A stretch of 63,981 nucleotides of DNA, the filler included, from an uncultured bacterium (GTDB taxonomy: Bacteria; CAYJOG01): assembly GCA_964371695.1 (NCBI GenBank). It is 7 parts of 7 records of this genome, joined end to end, with 100 filler letters (N's around TTAATTAATTAA, not from the genome) between each part and the next. Parts side by side here need not be neighbours in the genome. Positions count along the whole stretch, not along the records: positions 1 to 9,205 come from CAYJOG010000078.1; 6 more parts are not named here. One strand, written 5' to 3'. The position numbers were made by a program, and so were the translations under genes. Of the stretch, positions 1 through 9,205 are shown piece after piece (position 1 is the stretch's first letter; every line of letters starts with the position of its first letter). A model generated the notes under the pieces. The model was not told the origin of the DNA and searched no databases. It was given only the letters and a program-made list of their open reading frames with translations.

Positions 1-765
1 CGCCCCGCCGATGGCCGCTATGGCGAAAACCCCAACCGCCTTCAGCACTATTACCAATATCAGGTGCTGCTCAAACCCACGCCCGACGACGTGCAGGAAA
101 TGTACCTGGAAAGCCTGAGGGTGTTGGGTGTGCCGGTGGAAGACCTGGACGTGCGCTTTGTGGAAGACGACTGGGAAAGCCCCACCCTGGGGGCCTGGGG
201 ACTGGGCTGGGAGGTGTGGCTCAACGGCATGGAGGTGACGCAGTTCACTTACTTCCAGCAGGTGGGCGGCGTGGCGGTGGAGCCGGTGAGCTGTGAAATC
301 ACCTATGGCACCGAGCGCCTCGCGATGTTTTTGCAGGAGAAAGACAACGTGTATGACCTGATGTGGAAATCCCCGGATTTCACCTATGGCGACGTGCACC
401 GCGAAGACGAAGAACTTTTCAGCCGCTACAACTTCGAACTGGCCGACATCGAAAAACTGCGCCTGCGGTTTGACCACCTGGAGCAGGAGGCCGAGGCCGT
501 GATGGCGGCGGGGGCAGAGGCTGAAGACACCAACAACACCGCCAAGGGGCTGAACCGGCGGCACACCGCCGTGGCGGCCTATGACAACGTGTTGTTAATG
601 AGTCACACCTTTAACCTGCTGGAAGCCCGTGGGGCGCTGGGTCAGGCCGAGCGCCAGCGTTATGTACTGCGGGTGCGCAACCTGGCCCGGCGCGTGGCCA
701 TGGCTTATGTGGGTGTGGAGGAACCAGTCCGCCCGCCCCGCAGCAAGAAAAAGGAGAAATCCTAA
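1..765 (+). CDS. glyQ: Glycine--tRNA ligase alpha subunit (5'-truncated)
   Basis: Frame open from base 1: [70 protein letters not shown]. Confidence 0.98.
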   Translation, partial: RPADGRYGENPNRLQHYYQYQVLLKPTPDDVQEMYLESLRVLGVPVEDLDVRFVEDDWESPTLGAWGLGWEVWLNGMEVTQFTYFQQVGGVAVEPVSCEITYGTERLAMFLQEKDNVYDLMWKSPDFTYGDVHREDEELFSRYNFELADIEKLRLRFDHLEQEAEAVMAAGAEAEDTNNTAKGLNRRHTAVAAYDNVLLMSHTFNLLEARGALGQAERQRYVLRVRNLARRVAMAYVGVEEPVRPPRSKKKEKS

Positions 766-1037
766 TGATGCCGATTCCAATCCCAATTCCTGCTACCCTG
801 AATTGGAATCGTATATTTGGCCTTGCCGTTCGTCGTGAACGGCTGCGGCCCGGCGCTGCGCAGGCAAAGCCCGCTTGCGCCGCGAACACCTCCGGCCCTG
901 TCTGGGCCTCGGTGTTCGAGCCGAATTCATCCATGAATTCATACCAATTCCGCTCATCCCTTCCTGGTTTCATTATGGGTTCCTGTCAGCTAAACCTTCC
1001 GGCGGTTTCCCGCCATTTCAGATTGGAATTGGTATGA
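765..1037 (+). other. 90-codon bridge ORF across a repeat element between glyQ and glyS
   Basis: ATG overlaps the glyQ stop (TAATG) with AAGGAG upstream; its TGA overlaps the glyS ATG (ATGA). The sequence is repeat-derived. Confidence 0.5.
768..1035. mobile_element. Composite MITE-like palindromic element (family A), copy 1
   Basis: Imperfect terminal IR ATGCCGATTCC...GGAATTGGTAT; 133-bp core 817-949 matches 15371-15503 at 129/133; four internal hairpins. Confidence 0.75.
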
Positions 1038-3361
1038 AAGGCAAAAAAGCCCCTCTGGAGCCGGTGCCCGAACTGCCTGATTTTCTGGCCCCCCTGGCCA
1101 TTGAAATCGGCGTGGAGGAAATGCCCGCGGGGGCCATGCCGGGTGTGCTGGCTTATCTGAAGGAAAGCGCCGCCGCGTTTCTTGAAAAGGAACATCTGGA
1201 ACCCTCGCACCTGTTTGTGGGGGGCACCTGCCGCCGTCTGGTGGTGACCTGCGACAGCATTCTCAAAATTCAGGAAGACCGGCTGGTGATTCACAAAGGC
1301 CCGCCGGAAAAAGTGCTGAGAGACGCCGCCGGAAACTGGACGCCCCAGGCCGAAGGTTTCGCCAAAAAGTTTGGCTTGAAGGCGGCGGACATCGTGATGG
1401 AAGACGGCTACGCCACCATCGAGATTCTGGAGCGGGGCCAGCCCGCCACGGTGCTGTTGGGCCGGTTTGTGCGGGAGTTTCTGGACAAATGCCCCCTGCC
1501 CAAACGCATGGCCTGGGGCGATGACGTGACGTTTCTCAGGCCCGTGCGCTGGGTGTTGGGGCTGGTGGGGGTCGAGGTGATCCAGTTTGCCACCCGCAAG
1601 CTCAAGGCGGGTCACACCACCCACGAGCCGCGCCAGAACCGCAGCAAACCCCTCTCGTTTCTGCACGCCGGTGAATATGCCGAAAACATGAAACTGCTGG
1701 GCGTGGAGCTTTGCCCGGAGCGGCGCAAAGAGCGGCTCCGCCACCTCGCCCTCCACGCGCTGGAGGGCACGGGCCTGAAACCCCTGGAGGCGGATCAGGA
1801 AGAACTGCTGGAGGAAATCAACTGGCTGGTGGAAACCCCTCACGCCCTGCTGGCGTCTTTTGACAAGACGTTTCTGGAAGTGCCGCCAGAGGTGATTCGT
1901 GTGGTGCTCATGCGCCACCAGCGTTATCTGCCCTTGGTGGAAAAAAGCAGGGCCACCCCTGCCAATTACGCCAACCGTTTTGTGGTGGTGCTGGACAGGC
2001 AGGAGGAATCAGACACCACCACCGCCATGGGGGGCCACGAGCGGGTGGTGACGGCGCGCCTGAGCGATGCCCTGTTTTTTTGGCGGGCCGACAGCGCCGA
2101 GCCGCTGGACAGTCCCCACCGTCAGGAAAAACTCAAGGACATCACCTTTCACCCCAAAATCGGTTCGCTGTGGGAAAAACAAATGCGCGTGGCCGGGGCG
2201 GCCAAGGCATACCAAGAAAAACAGAAAAAGGAACAGGCGATATGGTTTACGGCTGACCTCTCCGATGAGCGGCGTCGGCAGTTGGAAAATCAATTGTCAC
2301 TGGCGGGTTTGTCTGAAGCTGCTGCCCTTTATCGTCAGGACAGAACAACAACGCTGGTGGGAGAGTTCCCGGAACTGGAAGGCGCGGTGGGGGCGCGGCT
2401 GCTCATGCAGCGGACGGGCCAAAATGCCGCCGCCGTGTTGGTGGCTGAGGCCATGGGGTTGACGCGTCAGGGAGCAGACAAGGTTGACCAGTTGGTTTTT
2501 TCCCAGGGTGTGCCTAGCAGTCGAGCAGGCGTGGCGCTGTTGATGCTGGACAGACTGGACACATTGCTGCATTTTTTTGCGCTGGGTCTGGTGCCCTCCG
2601 CCACAGAAGATCCCTTTGGTCTTCGCCGGTCTGCGGCCCAAGTACTCAGAACCACCCTTCGTTGGAATCTGGATGCCATAGTTGATCTGGATGATGTGAT
2701 GGAAATTCTAAGGACCGCATCGCAGTCCCTCGGTGACTTGGATGAACAGGTCTGGCGGCAACTCAAGGAAAAGATTCATGAGTTTTTGAAAGACAGGTTT
2801 CCTCATGTTTTGCTGGAAACATATCCAAGGGCAACCATGCCGTTTGTTCACGCGGCCCAAAAAGGCAAGGCAGTGAAACGAATGCTTTGGGGTGATTCAG
2901 AACGCGAAATTCTGCAAGCCGTTTGGCGATACTCAGATGTGCCCGATCGGCTTAAGGCGCTTCTGGACTTGGCTGCGGACAGTGAAAGCTTCAAGGCAAT
3001 TGCCTCTGCGGCCATCCGTGTCCAGAACATCAGCCAGCACGGCACCCAAGCGGAAATTTTGAAAAAGGTTCCTGATTGGGTGTGTGGAAGCGCGCCTTGG
3101 TTGGCGATGCACGAGTTTGCTCTAAAATGGATTGATTTGGTGAAAGGGAGCTTGTTTATCCCGGCCAGCTATCTGAAGAATGCGGGGGAATTGGCCTATG
3201 AGTGTTCGGATGTGGTGAATGATTTTTTCGACAAAGTGCTGGTGAACGACGAAGACCCGCAAAGACGCAAAGACAACCACACGCTGGTGGGGGCGGTGGC
3301 GCTGCTCTATGGCACGCTGGGGGATTTCAGGGAATTAAAATCGCTGCTGGGTCAGGAATGA
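1034..3361 (+). CDS. glyS: Glycine--tRNA ligase beta subunit
   Basis: EIGVEEMPA, KGPP, PKRMAWG...FLRPVRW, ARLSDALFFW, GEFPELEG, DPFGLRR, FFDKVLVNDED; follows glyQ. Start placed at ATG 1034 because the upstream extension is repeat DNA. Confidence 0.95.
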   Translation: MKGKKAPLEPVPELPDFLAPLAIEIGVEEMPAGAMPGVLAYLKESAAAFLEKEHLEPSHLFVGGTCRRLVVTCDSILKIQEDRLVIHKGPPEKVLRDAAGNWTPQAEGFAKKFGLKAADIVMEDGYATIEILERGQPATVLLGRFVREFLDKCPLPKRMAWGDDVTFLRPVRWVLGLVGVEVIQFATRKLKAGHTTHEPRQNRSKPLSFLHAGEYAENMKLLGVELCPERRKERLRHLALHALEGTGLKPLEADQEELLEEINWLVETPHALLASFDKTFLEVPPEVIRVVLMRHQRYLPLVEKSRATPANYANRFVVVLDRQEESDTTTAMGGHERVVTARLSDALFFWRADSAEPLDSPHRQEKLKDITFHPKIGSLWEKQMRVAGAAKAYQEKQKKEQAIWFTADLSDERRRQLENQLSLAGLSEAAALYRQDRTTTLVGEFPELEGAVGARLLMQRTGQNAAAVLVAEAMGLTRQGADKVDQLVFSQGVPSSRAGVALLMLDRLDTLLHFFALGLVPSATEDPFGLRRSAAQVLRTTLRWNLDAIVDLDDVMEILRTASQSLGDLDEQVWRQLKEKIHEFLKDRFPHVLLETYPRATMPFVHAAQKGKAVKRMLWGDSEREILQAVWRYSDVPDRLKALLDLAADSESFKAIASAAIRVQNISQHGTQAEILKKVPDWVCGSAPWLAMHEFALKWIDLVKGSLFIPASYLKNAGELAYECSDVVNDFFDKVLVNDEDPQRRKDNHTLVGAVALLYGTLGDFRELKSLLGQE

Positions 3362-3364
3362 AAC

Positions 3365-3874
3365 ATGGAGTTGCCCGGCCGCGCCACCATCGAAGCCGCC
3401 CTGGCCAGGGGCGGCGCGGACATCTGGCTGGCGCGGCCCGAAGAGTCGGGCGTGGTGGCGGATCTGCTGGCGGAACTGGCCCGCAAGGAATGGGCCCACA
3501 AACCGCTGTTCCTGCACGAGAACGTGCAGCACCTGCTGGAAGATCCCAAACCCGGTTGCTGGTTTTTGCTGGCGGGAGAAACAAAACCCGTGGCGCTGGC
3601 GGTGATTCATCTGCTGGCGTCTCCCGCCGAGGGCGCGTGGCAGATGTTCCTGAATGACTTGGTGGTGACCCAGACCCAGCGGGGCAAGGGGTGGGGAACA
3701 CGCCTGATGGAGGCGATCGTGGCGCTTGGCCGCGACGTGGGGGTGGTGCAGGTTTTTCTGCACACCGACCGGAAAAACAAAAACGCCCACGCCTTTTATC
3801 GCAAGCTTGGGTTCAAGGACATCGGCGATGACGTGTATGTGCTGGACTCAGCCCAGGCGAAAAAAAGTGTCTGA
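3365..3874 (+). CDS. GNAT family N-acetyltransferase
   Basis: Acetyl-CoA motif LVVTQTQRGKGWG and N..AHAFYRKLGF. Confidence 0.9.
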   Translation: MELPGRATIEAALARGGADIWLARPEESGVVADLLAELARKEWAHKPLFLHENVQHLLEDPKPGCWFLLAGETKPVALAVIHLLASPAEGAWQMFLNDLVVTQTQRGKGWGTRLMEAIVALGRDVGVVQVFLHTDRKNKNAHAFYRKLGFKDIGDDVYVLDSAQAKKSV

Positions 3875-4654
3875 AGGCGGGGCCGGTGATGACAATCCGG
3901 GGTTTTCCAGCGGCAGCGCCAACTGGTCCACACCCTTGCCCCGGCGGTTGCGCACCCTGTCCAGCATGTTCAGCCGGTGGCGGGTGATGGCGGGGGCGCT
4001 GTCTTCCTGGTCGGGGTCATCCGAAAAATAAAAACAGGGCACACCCGCTAGAGCGCACATCCGGGCGGCTTCTGCTTCCCAGGCCGGGTTCATGGGGCGG
4101 GCGTGCTGGCCGGTTTCGTGCCCCACGCTCACCCAGTGAATGCCGCTCAGGTCCAGCACCGGCGGCGGCCCCAGCAGGGGTGTCATGGAGATGAACTTGA
4201 CTTTGGCGGCGGTTTTTTTGAGGTGGTCCACACGAAAGGCGTAATCGGCGTTTTCCACCGTGGCCCCCAGCCACAGGTTTTCTGGCCAGGGCAGCGCATC
4301 GCCCAGTGCGGCGGCCCGGCCGGGGCGTTTGGTGATGATCATGAACTCGTGCCACCAGGCCTGCTGCATGGTCTCAAATACCTGCTGCAAAAATTCCACC
4401 GTCACGGCGGGGTGAAAAAGGTCGCTCATGGAGTTGACGAAGATCAGCCGCGAAGGCCGCCATGTGAGCGGTTGTTTAAGCAGCGCCGGGTGCAGCGTGG
4501 GGGCAAAGCCGTGCTGATATTTTTTCACCCCCTGGGCCTGAAGTCGCAGGGAGATGCGCTCGGCGTAGCAGTTGTCGCAGCCGGGGCTTAAGCGCGTGCA
4601 GCCGGTGACGGGGTTCCATGCCTGATACGGCAATGCTTTGGGGGCTTTGGCCAC
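3848..4654 (-). CDS. DUF5131 (phage Gp37/Gp68-like) radical-SAM-like protein
   Basis: WNPVTGCTRLSPGCDNCYA, IFVNSMSDLFH, NLWLGATVE. Confidence 0.92.
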   Translation of the reverse strand: MAKAPKALPYQAWNPVTGCTRLSPGCDNCYAERISLRLQAQGVKKYQHGFAPTLHPALLKQPLTWRPSRLIFVNSMSDLFHPAVTVEFLQQVFETMQQAWWHEFMIITKRPGRAAALGDALPWPENLWLGATVENADYAFRVDHLKKTAAKVKFISMTPLLGPPPVLDLSGIHWVSVGHETGQHARPMNPAWEAEAARMCALAGVPCFYFSDDPDQEDSAPAITRHRLNMLDRVRNRRGKGVDQLALPLENPGLSSPAPPSDTFFRLG

Positions 4655-4737
4655 GGGGCGGAAATATTAATGTTTGTTCGTGTGCCTTGGCAAGTGCTTT
4701 TTCAGGTCAGGCCAGATCATGACCATAAAATGCGACC

Positions 4738-6018
4738 ATGTTGTTGCTGATTGGAGCGTTGGACCCCACCGGCCTGTCGGGCCTTTCCCGCGACGCGGCC
4801 ACGGCGGCGGACCTGGCCTGCCCGGCGGCCACGGTGGCCACGGCGCTGGTGGCGGAAAACAGCCTGGGGGTGAGCGCCGTGGACTGGCGGCCCGCGCCGG
4901 AGCTGGTGAGGGACGTGAAGCTGGTGCTGTCCGAGCCGGGCCTGCGCCTGAGCGCCGTGAAAGTGGGTGTGATTTCTCCTGCTCAGGCTGCGGTGCTTTT
5001 TCCGCTGCTGAAAAAAACCAAAGTCCCCGTGGTGTTTGACCCGGTGCTTGTTGCCGCCAGCGGCGGTGTGTTTGTGCCCCGTCCGGCGGAGATGTTGCCC
5101 TGGTTGGCCCAGGCCAGTTTGGCCACACCCAACTGGCCAGAGGCCCAGGCGCTTTTGGGCCGGTCAAAAATCACCGAAAAAGACCTGCCCCGGCTGGGGC
5201 AAACGGTGTTGCTCAAGTCGGCGGAAAAAAACCGCCAGCAGGTGACGGACTGGTTTTTTGACGGCGAGAGCCTCCACCGGTTTTATACGCCCGTTTCTGC
5301 CGAAGACCCGCGCGGCACAGGCTGCACACTGGCCACGGCGGCGGCGGTTTTTCTCTCACGGGGCCTGCCGCTGCAACAGGCTATCAAAGAGGCGCGGGAA
5401 TATCTGGCCCAGGCCCGCGAACTGTCCCAGGGCAGGCGGCTGGGTTTGGTGAACGCCCCCAGGGCCGAGGTGCTTCAGGCCCTGGCGGGGGTGATGCCGT
5501 TGCTGGAGCGCCTGCCTGCCAGACCCCTGCTGGCCGAGGTGGGTCTGAACCTGGCTTATTGCCTGCCGGGCGCAAGGGGGCCGCATCAGGCGGCGGCGTT
5601 CACGGGGCGCGTGGTGGCGCGGCACGGGTTGTTGTCGGTGACCGGCTATCCCGCTTTTGGGGCCAGCAGCCACGTGGCCCGGGTGGCGGTGCAGGCGCAT
5701 CAGATTTTTCCCGGTGTGCGGGCGGCCATGAATCTGCGCCATGGCTCGGTGCTTCTCAAACTGGCCAAAGGGGCTGGTCTGAAAGGTGTTTCTTTTGACC
5801 GGGCGGACGAGCCTACCCACCAGCAGCACAAAGACGCCCACACCATGGACTGGGGGGTGCGCGCCGCCTGCGCGGGGCTGAAAAATCCGCCCGATTTCAT
5901 CTTTGACGAAGGCGGCCCCGGCAAGGAGCCGATGATCCGCCTGCTGGGGCGTGACCCCCTGGACCTGCTGGACAAAATCCAGCGGGCGCTGGGTTTCAGT
6001 CTGGAAGAAAAAGGGTGA
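4738..6018 (+). CDS. thiDN: Bifunctional HMP-P kinase / thiamine-phosphate synthase (ThiD-ThiN fusion)
   Basis: ThiD part: DPTG..G..D, AVKVG, VFDPV, TPNWPEA, GTGCTL. ThiN part: EVGLNLAY, FGASSHVAR, DEGGPGKEPMIRLLG. Confidence 0.88.
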   Translation: MLLLIGALDPTGLSGLSRDAATAADLACPAATVATALVAENSLGVSAVDWRPAPELVRDVKLVLSEPGLRLSAVKVGVISPAQAAVLFPLLKKTKVPVVFDPVLVAASGGVFVPRPAEMLPWLAQASLATPNWPEAQALLGRSKITEKDLPRLGQTVLLKSAEKNRQQVTDWFFDGESLHRFYTPVSAEDPRGTGCTLATAAAVFLSRGLPLQQAIKEAREYLAQARELSQGRRLGLVNAPRAEVLQALAGVMPLLERLPARPLLAEVGLNLAYCLPGARGPHQAAAFTGRVVARHGLLSVTGYPAFGASSHVARVAVQAHQIFPGVRAAMNLRHGSVLLKLAKGAGLKGVSFDRADEPTHQQHKDAHTMDWGVRAACAGLKNPPDFIFDEGGPGKEPMIRLLGRDPLDLLDKIQRALGFSLEEKG

Positions 6019-6254
6019 AGCGGGATCATGGGTTTGGCTTCATCCTGGGCCAGAGGCCATGGATGGCCGATTCCGCCGCCGGTTCAGCGTGGCTGGTGCT
6101 GGTCCAAAAGGGGACTTTTTATTTCGAGGTAAAAAATGGCAGATGTTTTTCTGGGTTTGGCTGGACCGTGCGGCGTTGTTCGCAAGGTTTCACGGATGAA
6201 ACCGGCGAACCAAACATAAGCGGGGTGGTTTGTGATGGTTCGTATTCAAGGTAA
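6015..6254 (+). other. 79-codon bridge ORF across a family C repeat between thiDN and anmK
   Basis: GTG overlaps the thiDN stop (GTGA); stop lies ~20 nt inside the anmK start; same frame as the 34370-34678 ORF (GQRPWMA.SAAG, VRRC.QGF.DETGEP). Confidence 0.45.
6047..6224. repeat. Family C palindromic element, copy 1
   Basis: Hairpins GGCCATGGATGGCC and GGTTTCACGGATGAAACC shared with 34378-34629; partial copy at ~52113-52216. Confidence 0.8.
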
Positions 6255-7443
6255 TCTCGGATTAGAGGATGTTAAGGCTCAAGGCCGATGGGTTCTGGGC
6301 CTGATGTCCGGCACCAGCCTGGATGGCCTGGATGTCGTCGCCGCCCGCCTGAGTTTGGATGACGCCGGAGGGGTGACGTTGCGGGAGCACCGTCACATGG
6401 CGTTTGATTATGACCCCGCCCTGCGCCACCGGGTGCTGGCCGTGACCGAAGGCCGACCCCTGCCCGCCGAGGCTTTTCTGGCGTTGCATCACGACCTGGG
6501 GCACTGGATGGCGCGCCTCGCCCAAGAGGCAGTGCTGGGCTGGGGGCTGAAGAACGTGGCGTTGGCGGGGTTGCATGGCCAGACCGTGTGGCACGCTCCC
6601 GCGCCGCGCCAGGAGCCGGAGGCTTCTCCTTCCGGGGCCACGTGGCAGATGGGCGAGGCGGGATATCTGGCGCTCGTCCTGGGTTGCCCCGTGGTGAGTG
6701 ACTTTCGCACCCATGATCTGCTGGTGGGGGGCCAGGGTGCGCCGCTGGTGCCGCTGGCGCAATCCTGCCTGTTGCAGGGCAGGGGAGGGGAACTGCCGCT
6801 GGTGACACTGAACCTGGGGGGCATTGTGAACGGCGCGGTGTTTGCGCCGGGCAGGCCGGTGGCGGCGTCGGATTTTGGCCCCTGCAACCTGTGGCTCAAC
6901 GCCGCACTGGGGTTGTATGGCCACGACGAACCTTATGACGAAGGCGGCTGCCGGGGACTGTCGGGGGCGGTCAACAAAAACCTGCTGGCGGCCATAGAAG
7001 CGTGGGATGACTTCCCCGGCTCGCCGCCCCCCGCCAGCACGGGGCGGGAGCATTACACCGAAGACGCATTGCGGGCACTGCTGGAAAGCTGCCCCGGCGG
7101 CAGGCCGACTTTGCCGGATGCCCTGGCCACGCTGGCGGCTTTCACCGCCCATTGTGTGGCGCGGGGGCTGGTGGCGCTGGGGCTGGACCCGCAGGACAGG
7201 TTTGAACTGTGCGTGGGCGGCGGCGGCGTGTGTAACGAAGCCCTCATGCAGGCCATCCGTGCCGAATTGCCCCAGGCGAATCATCAGGGTTGTGGAATCG
7301 TGTTCGGCGTGCCGCCCCAGGCGCTGGAGGCCCTGTGTTTTGCCGTGCTGGCCCTGTTGCGCGAGCGGGAAGTGCCCCTGGCTGCACCGGGCGTGACAGG
7401 GGCCGAACGGCCCGTGCTGCTGGGTAAAATCACGGTGGTGTGA
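6232..7443 (+). CDS. anmK: Anhydro-N-acetylmuramic acid kinase
   Basis: GLMSGTSLDGLD, HGQTVWH, DFRTHD..GGQGAPLVP, LNLGGIVN, DFGPCN, STGRE, EALCFA. Confidence 0.96.
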   Translation: MMVRIQGNLGLEDVKAQGRWVLGLMSGTSLDGLDVVAARLSLDDAGGVTLREHRHMAFDYDPALRHRVLAVTEGRPLPAEAFLALHHDLGHWMARLAQEAVLGWGLKNVALAGLHGQTVWHAPAPRQEPEASPSGATWQMGEAGYLALVLGCPVVSDFRTHDLLVGGQGAPLVPLAQSCLLQGRGGELPLVTLNLGGIVNGAVFAPGRPVAASDFGPCNLWLNAALGLYGHDEPYDEGGCRGLSGAVNKNLLAAIEAWDDFPGSPPPASTGREHYTEDALRALLESCPGGRPTLPDALATLAAFTAHCVARGLVALGLDPQDRFELCVGGGGVCNEALMQAIRAELPQANHQGCGIVFGVPPQALEALCFAVLALLREREVPLAAPGVTGAERPVLLGKITVV

Positions 7444-7485
7444 CGGGCGTCAATTACCGACGACTTAAAATGAGCTGCTGTCATA

Positions 7486-7509
7486 GTGCGGTGGGGACAC
7501 CGCACCTAC
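7486..7509 (-). repeat. GTAG-type REP (empty allele of the 60543-60624 REP)
   Basis: GTAG-GTGCGGTG-TCCC-CACCGCAC on the minus strand. Confidence 0.75.
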
Positions 7510-7565
7510 TCCTCATTTTTAACCAAATGAACCACTATTTCCGAAAATGCCTTATGGGTGGCTGA

Positions 7566-8126
7566 TTATTCCTCTGTCGGCGCAGAGGATTCCTCTGGCG
7601 ACAGGTCCTTGAGGTGTTCCAGGCTCAGCACCCAGGCCGAGACCGCCGGAGGCAAGGGGGGGCCGGGGTCTGGCCCGCCGCTTTCCCGCACCACCTCGGC
7701 GCAGGGCACATTGCCCCAGCGGCCCCGCAGCAGCCCCCGCACCATGGCCTGGGCGCACAGATTTTCGTGGCGTTTGAACCGCTGCAGAAAATAAAACCAT
7801 TTGGCATCCCAACCCAGCAGGCGGGTGCAGAGCTGGTATTGCTGAAAAGGCTCCAGAGACTGGCGATAGGCGATGCTCACCGCCCCCACCAGGGGCCGCC
7901 AGCCCTTTTTGGCCGAGGCCCCCAACAGGCCGTTGCGAATCAAAAGGTCCACGCGCCCCAGGTCCATCAGTGTGAGGTAACGCCCGTTGTTCATGTGGCC
8001 ATAGGCGTCCAGATCCATGGGTGAAACGGTGAGTGTGAGCACCGACTCCCCCAGAAAATCCAGTTTGGGGCGGGTGCCCGCTGTCAGGCTGGTCCAGACA
8101 AGCCGCCCGGTGGCGTCAAGCGCCAT
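7566..8126 (-). CDS. Acyl-CoA thioesterase (4HBT-like hotdog fold)
   Basis: DLDAYGHMNNGRYLTLMDLGR, LLGWDAKWFY. Confidence 0.9.
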   Translation of the reverse strand: MALDATGRLVWTSLTAGTRPKLDFLGESVLTLTVSPMDLDAYGHMNNGRYLTLMDLGRVDLLIRNGLLGASAKKGWRPLVGAVSIAYRQSLEPFQQYQLCTRLLGWDAKWFYFLQRFKRHENLCAQAMVRGLLRGRWGNVPCAEVVRESGGPDPGPPLPPAVSAWVLSLEHLKDLSPEESSAPTEE

Positions 8127-8150
8127 GGCGGAGGCCCTCTGCGTTTGCGG

Positions 8151-8807
8151 TCATTCTTCGTATCCCTCCAGTTTGGCCATGGACACCACCTTCTGGCGGA
8201 TGCCCTCGCTGAAGGCCAGGGCCTGTTCCTTGGTGGGCTCCTTGATGACCTTGGGGGGGTGGATCAGCTCGCCGTAGCGCAGCACCAGACGGCTGCCCAG
8301 CCTGGGCATTTTGGCCCCCTTGGGCCAGGCTTCGTAAGCGCCGGTGAGGGCCACCGGCAGCACGGGCACGCCGCCGCGCAGGGCCATCTGCCCCAGGCCC
8401 TGGCGAAAGGGGTGGATTTTGCCGTCTTCGCTGCGGGTGCCTTCGGGGAACAGGCCCACCATGCGGCCTTCCTGCAACCGCTCCAGGCCTTGCTGCACGG
8501 GGCCGAGGTCCCCCGTGCCGCGCTCCACGGCAATGCCGTCTACCATGTCGAACACGTGGCGCACCACGGGGTTTTTCAGGTAATTGGCCGCCGCAAAAAA
8601 CGACGCCACCCGGCCAGAAAGCACGGCTGTGACGCAGGAGACCAGCGGCGGGTCCAGATAACTCTGGTGGTTGCACGCCAGAATGGCTGCGCCGCTGCGG
8701 GGGATGTTGCGCTCACCAATGACCCGCAGGTCGAACAGGCGGTGGAAGGTGGCCACGATGGTGTGGGCCTCGACGGTGCGCAGTTCAAAGGGTTTAAGCT
8801 CAGTCAT
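8151..8807 (-). CDS. plsC: 1-acyl-sn-glycerol-3-phosphate acyltransferase
   Basis: NHQSYLDP (HX4D) and FPEGTRS motifs. Confidence 0.93.
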   Translation of the reverse strand: MTELKPFELRTVEAHTIVATFHRLFDLRVIGERNIPRSGAAILACNHQSYLDPPLVSCVTAVLSGRVASFFAAANYLKNPVVRHVFDMVDGIAVERGTGDLGPVQQGLERLQEGRMVGLFPEGTRSEDGKIHPFRQGLGQMALRGGVPVLPVALTGAYEAWPKGAKMPRLGSRLVLRYGELIHPPKVIKEPTKEQALAFSEGIRQKVVSMAKLEGYEE

Positions 8808-9205
8808 TAGTTCTCTCCTCCACCATGAGACGGGCCAGGGGGCATGGCGTCCCGCAGGGTTTTGGCTTGTTGCAACAGGGCCTCCAGCACGTCGTCGTCG
8901 CCTGACTGAAGGGTGTTTTCCAGCGCGGCGAGTTTTTCCTGAAAGCGGTGAACAGCGCTCAGGATGAACGACCGGTTTTCACTCACGATAAAACGCCACA
9001 GGGCAGGATTGCCGCTGGCGATGCGGGTGGTGTCCTTGAACCCCGTGGCCGCCAGCCGCCGGGCCAAGCCGTCGTCTTCCAGCCCCGCCAACACCAGCAG
9101 GCTCGCAGCCAGATGGGGCAGGTGGCTGATGAGCGCCACGGCGTGGTCGTGGTCGGTGGGGGAGGTCTCAATCACCTTGCCCCCCAGGGTTTCCCAAAAA
9201 GACCG
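8807..9205 (-). CDS. tyrA: Prephenate/arogenate dehydrogenase, C-terminal part (cut by contig end)
   Basis: HDHAVALISHLPH, GFKDTTRIASGNP.LW. Confidence 0.9.
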   Translation of the reverse strand, partial: RSFWETLGGKVIETSPTDHDHAVALISHLPHLAASLLVLAGLEDDGLARRLAATGFKDTTRIASGNPALWRFIVSENRSFILSAVHRFQEKLAALENTLQSGDDDVLEALLQQAKTLRDAMPPGPSHGGGEN

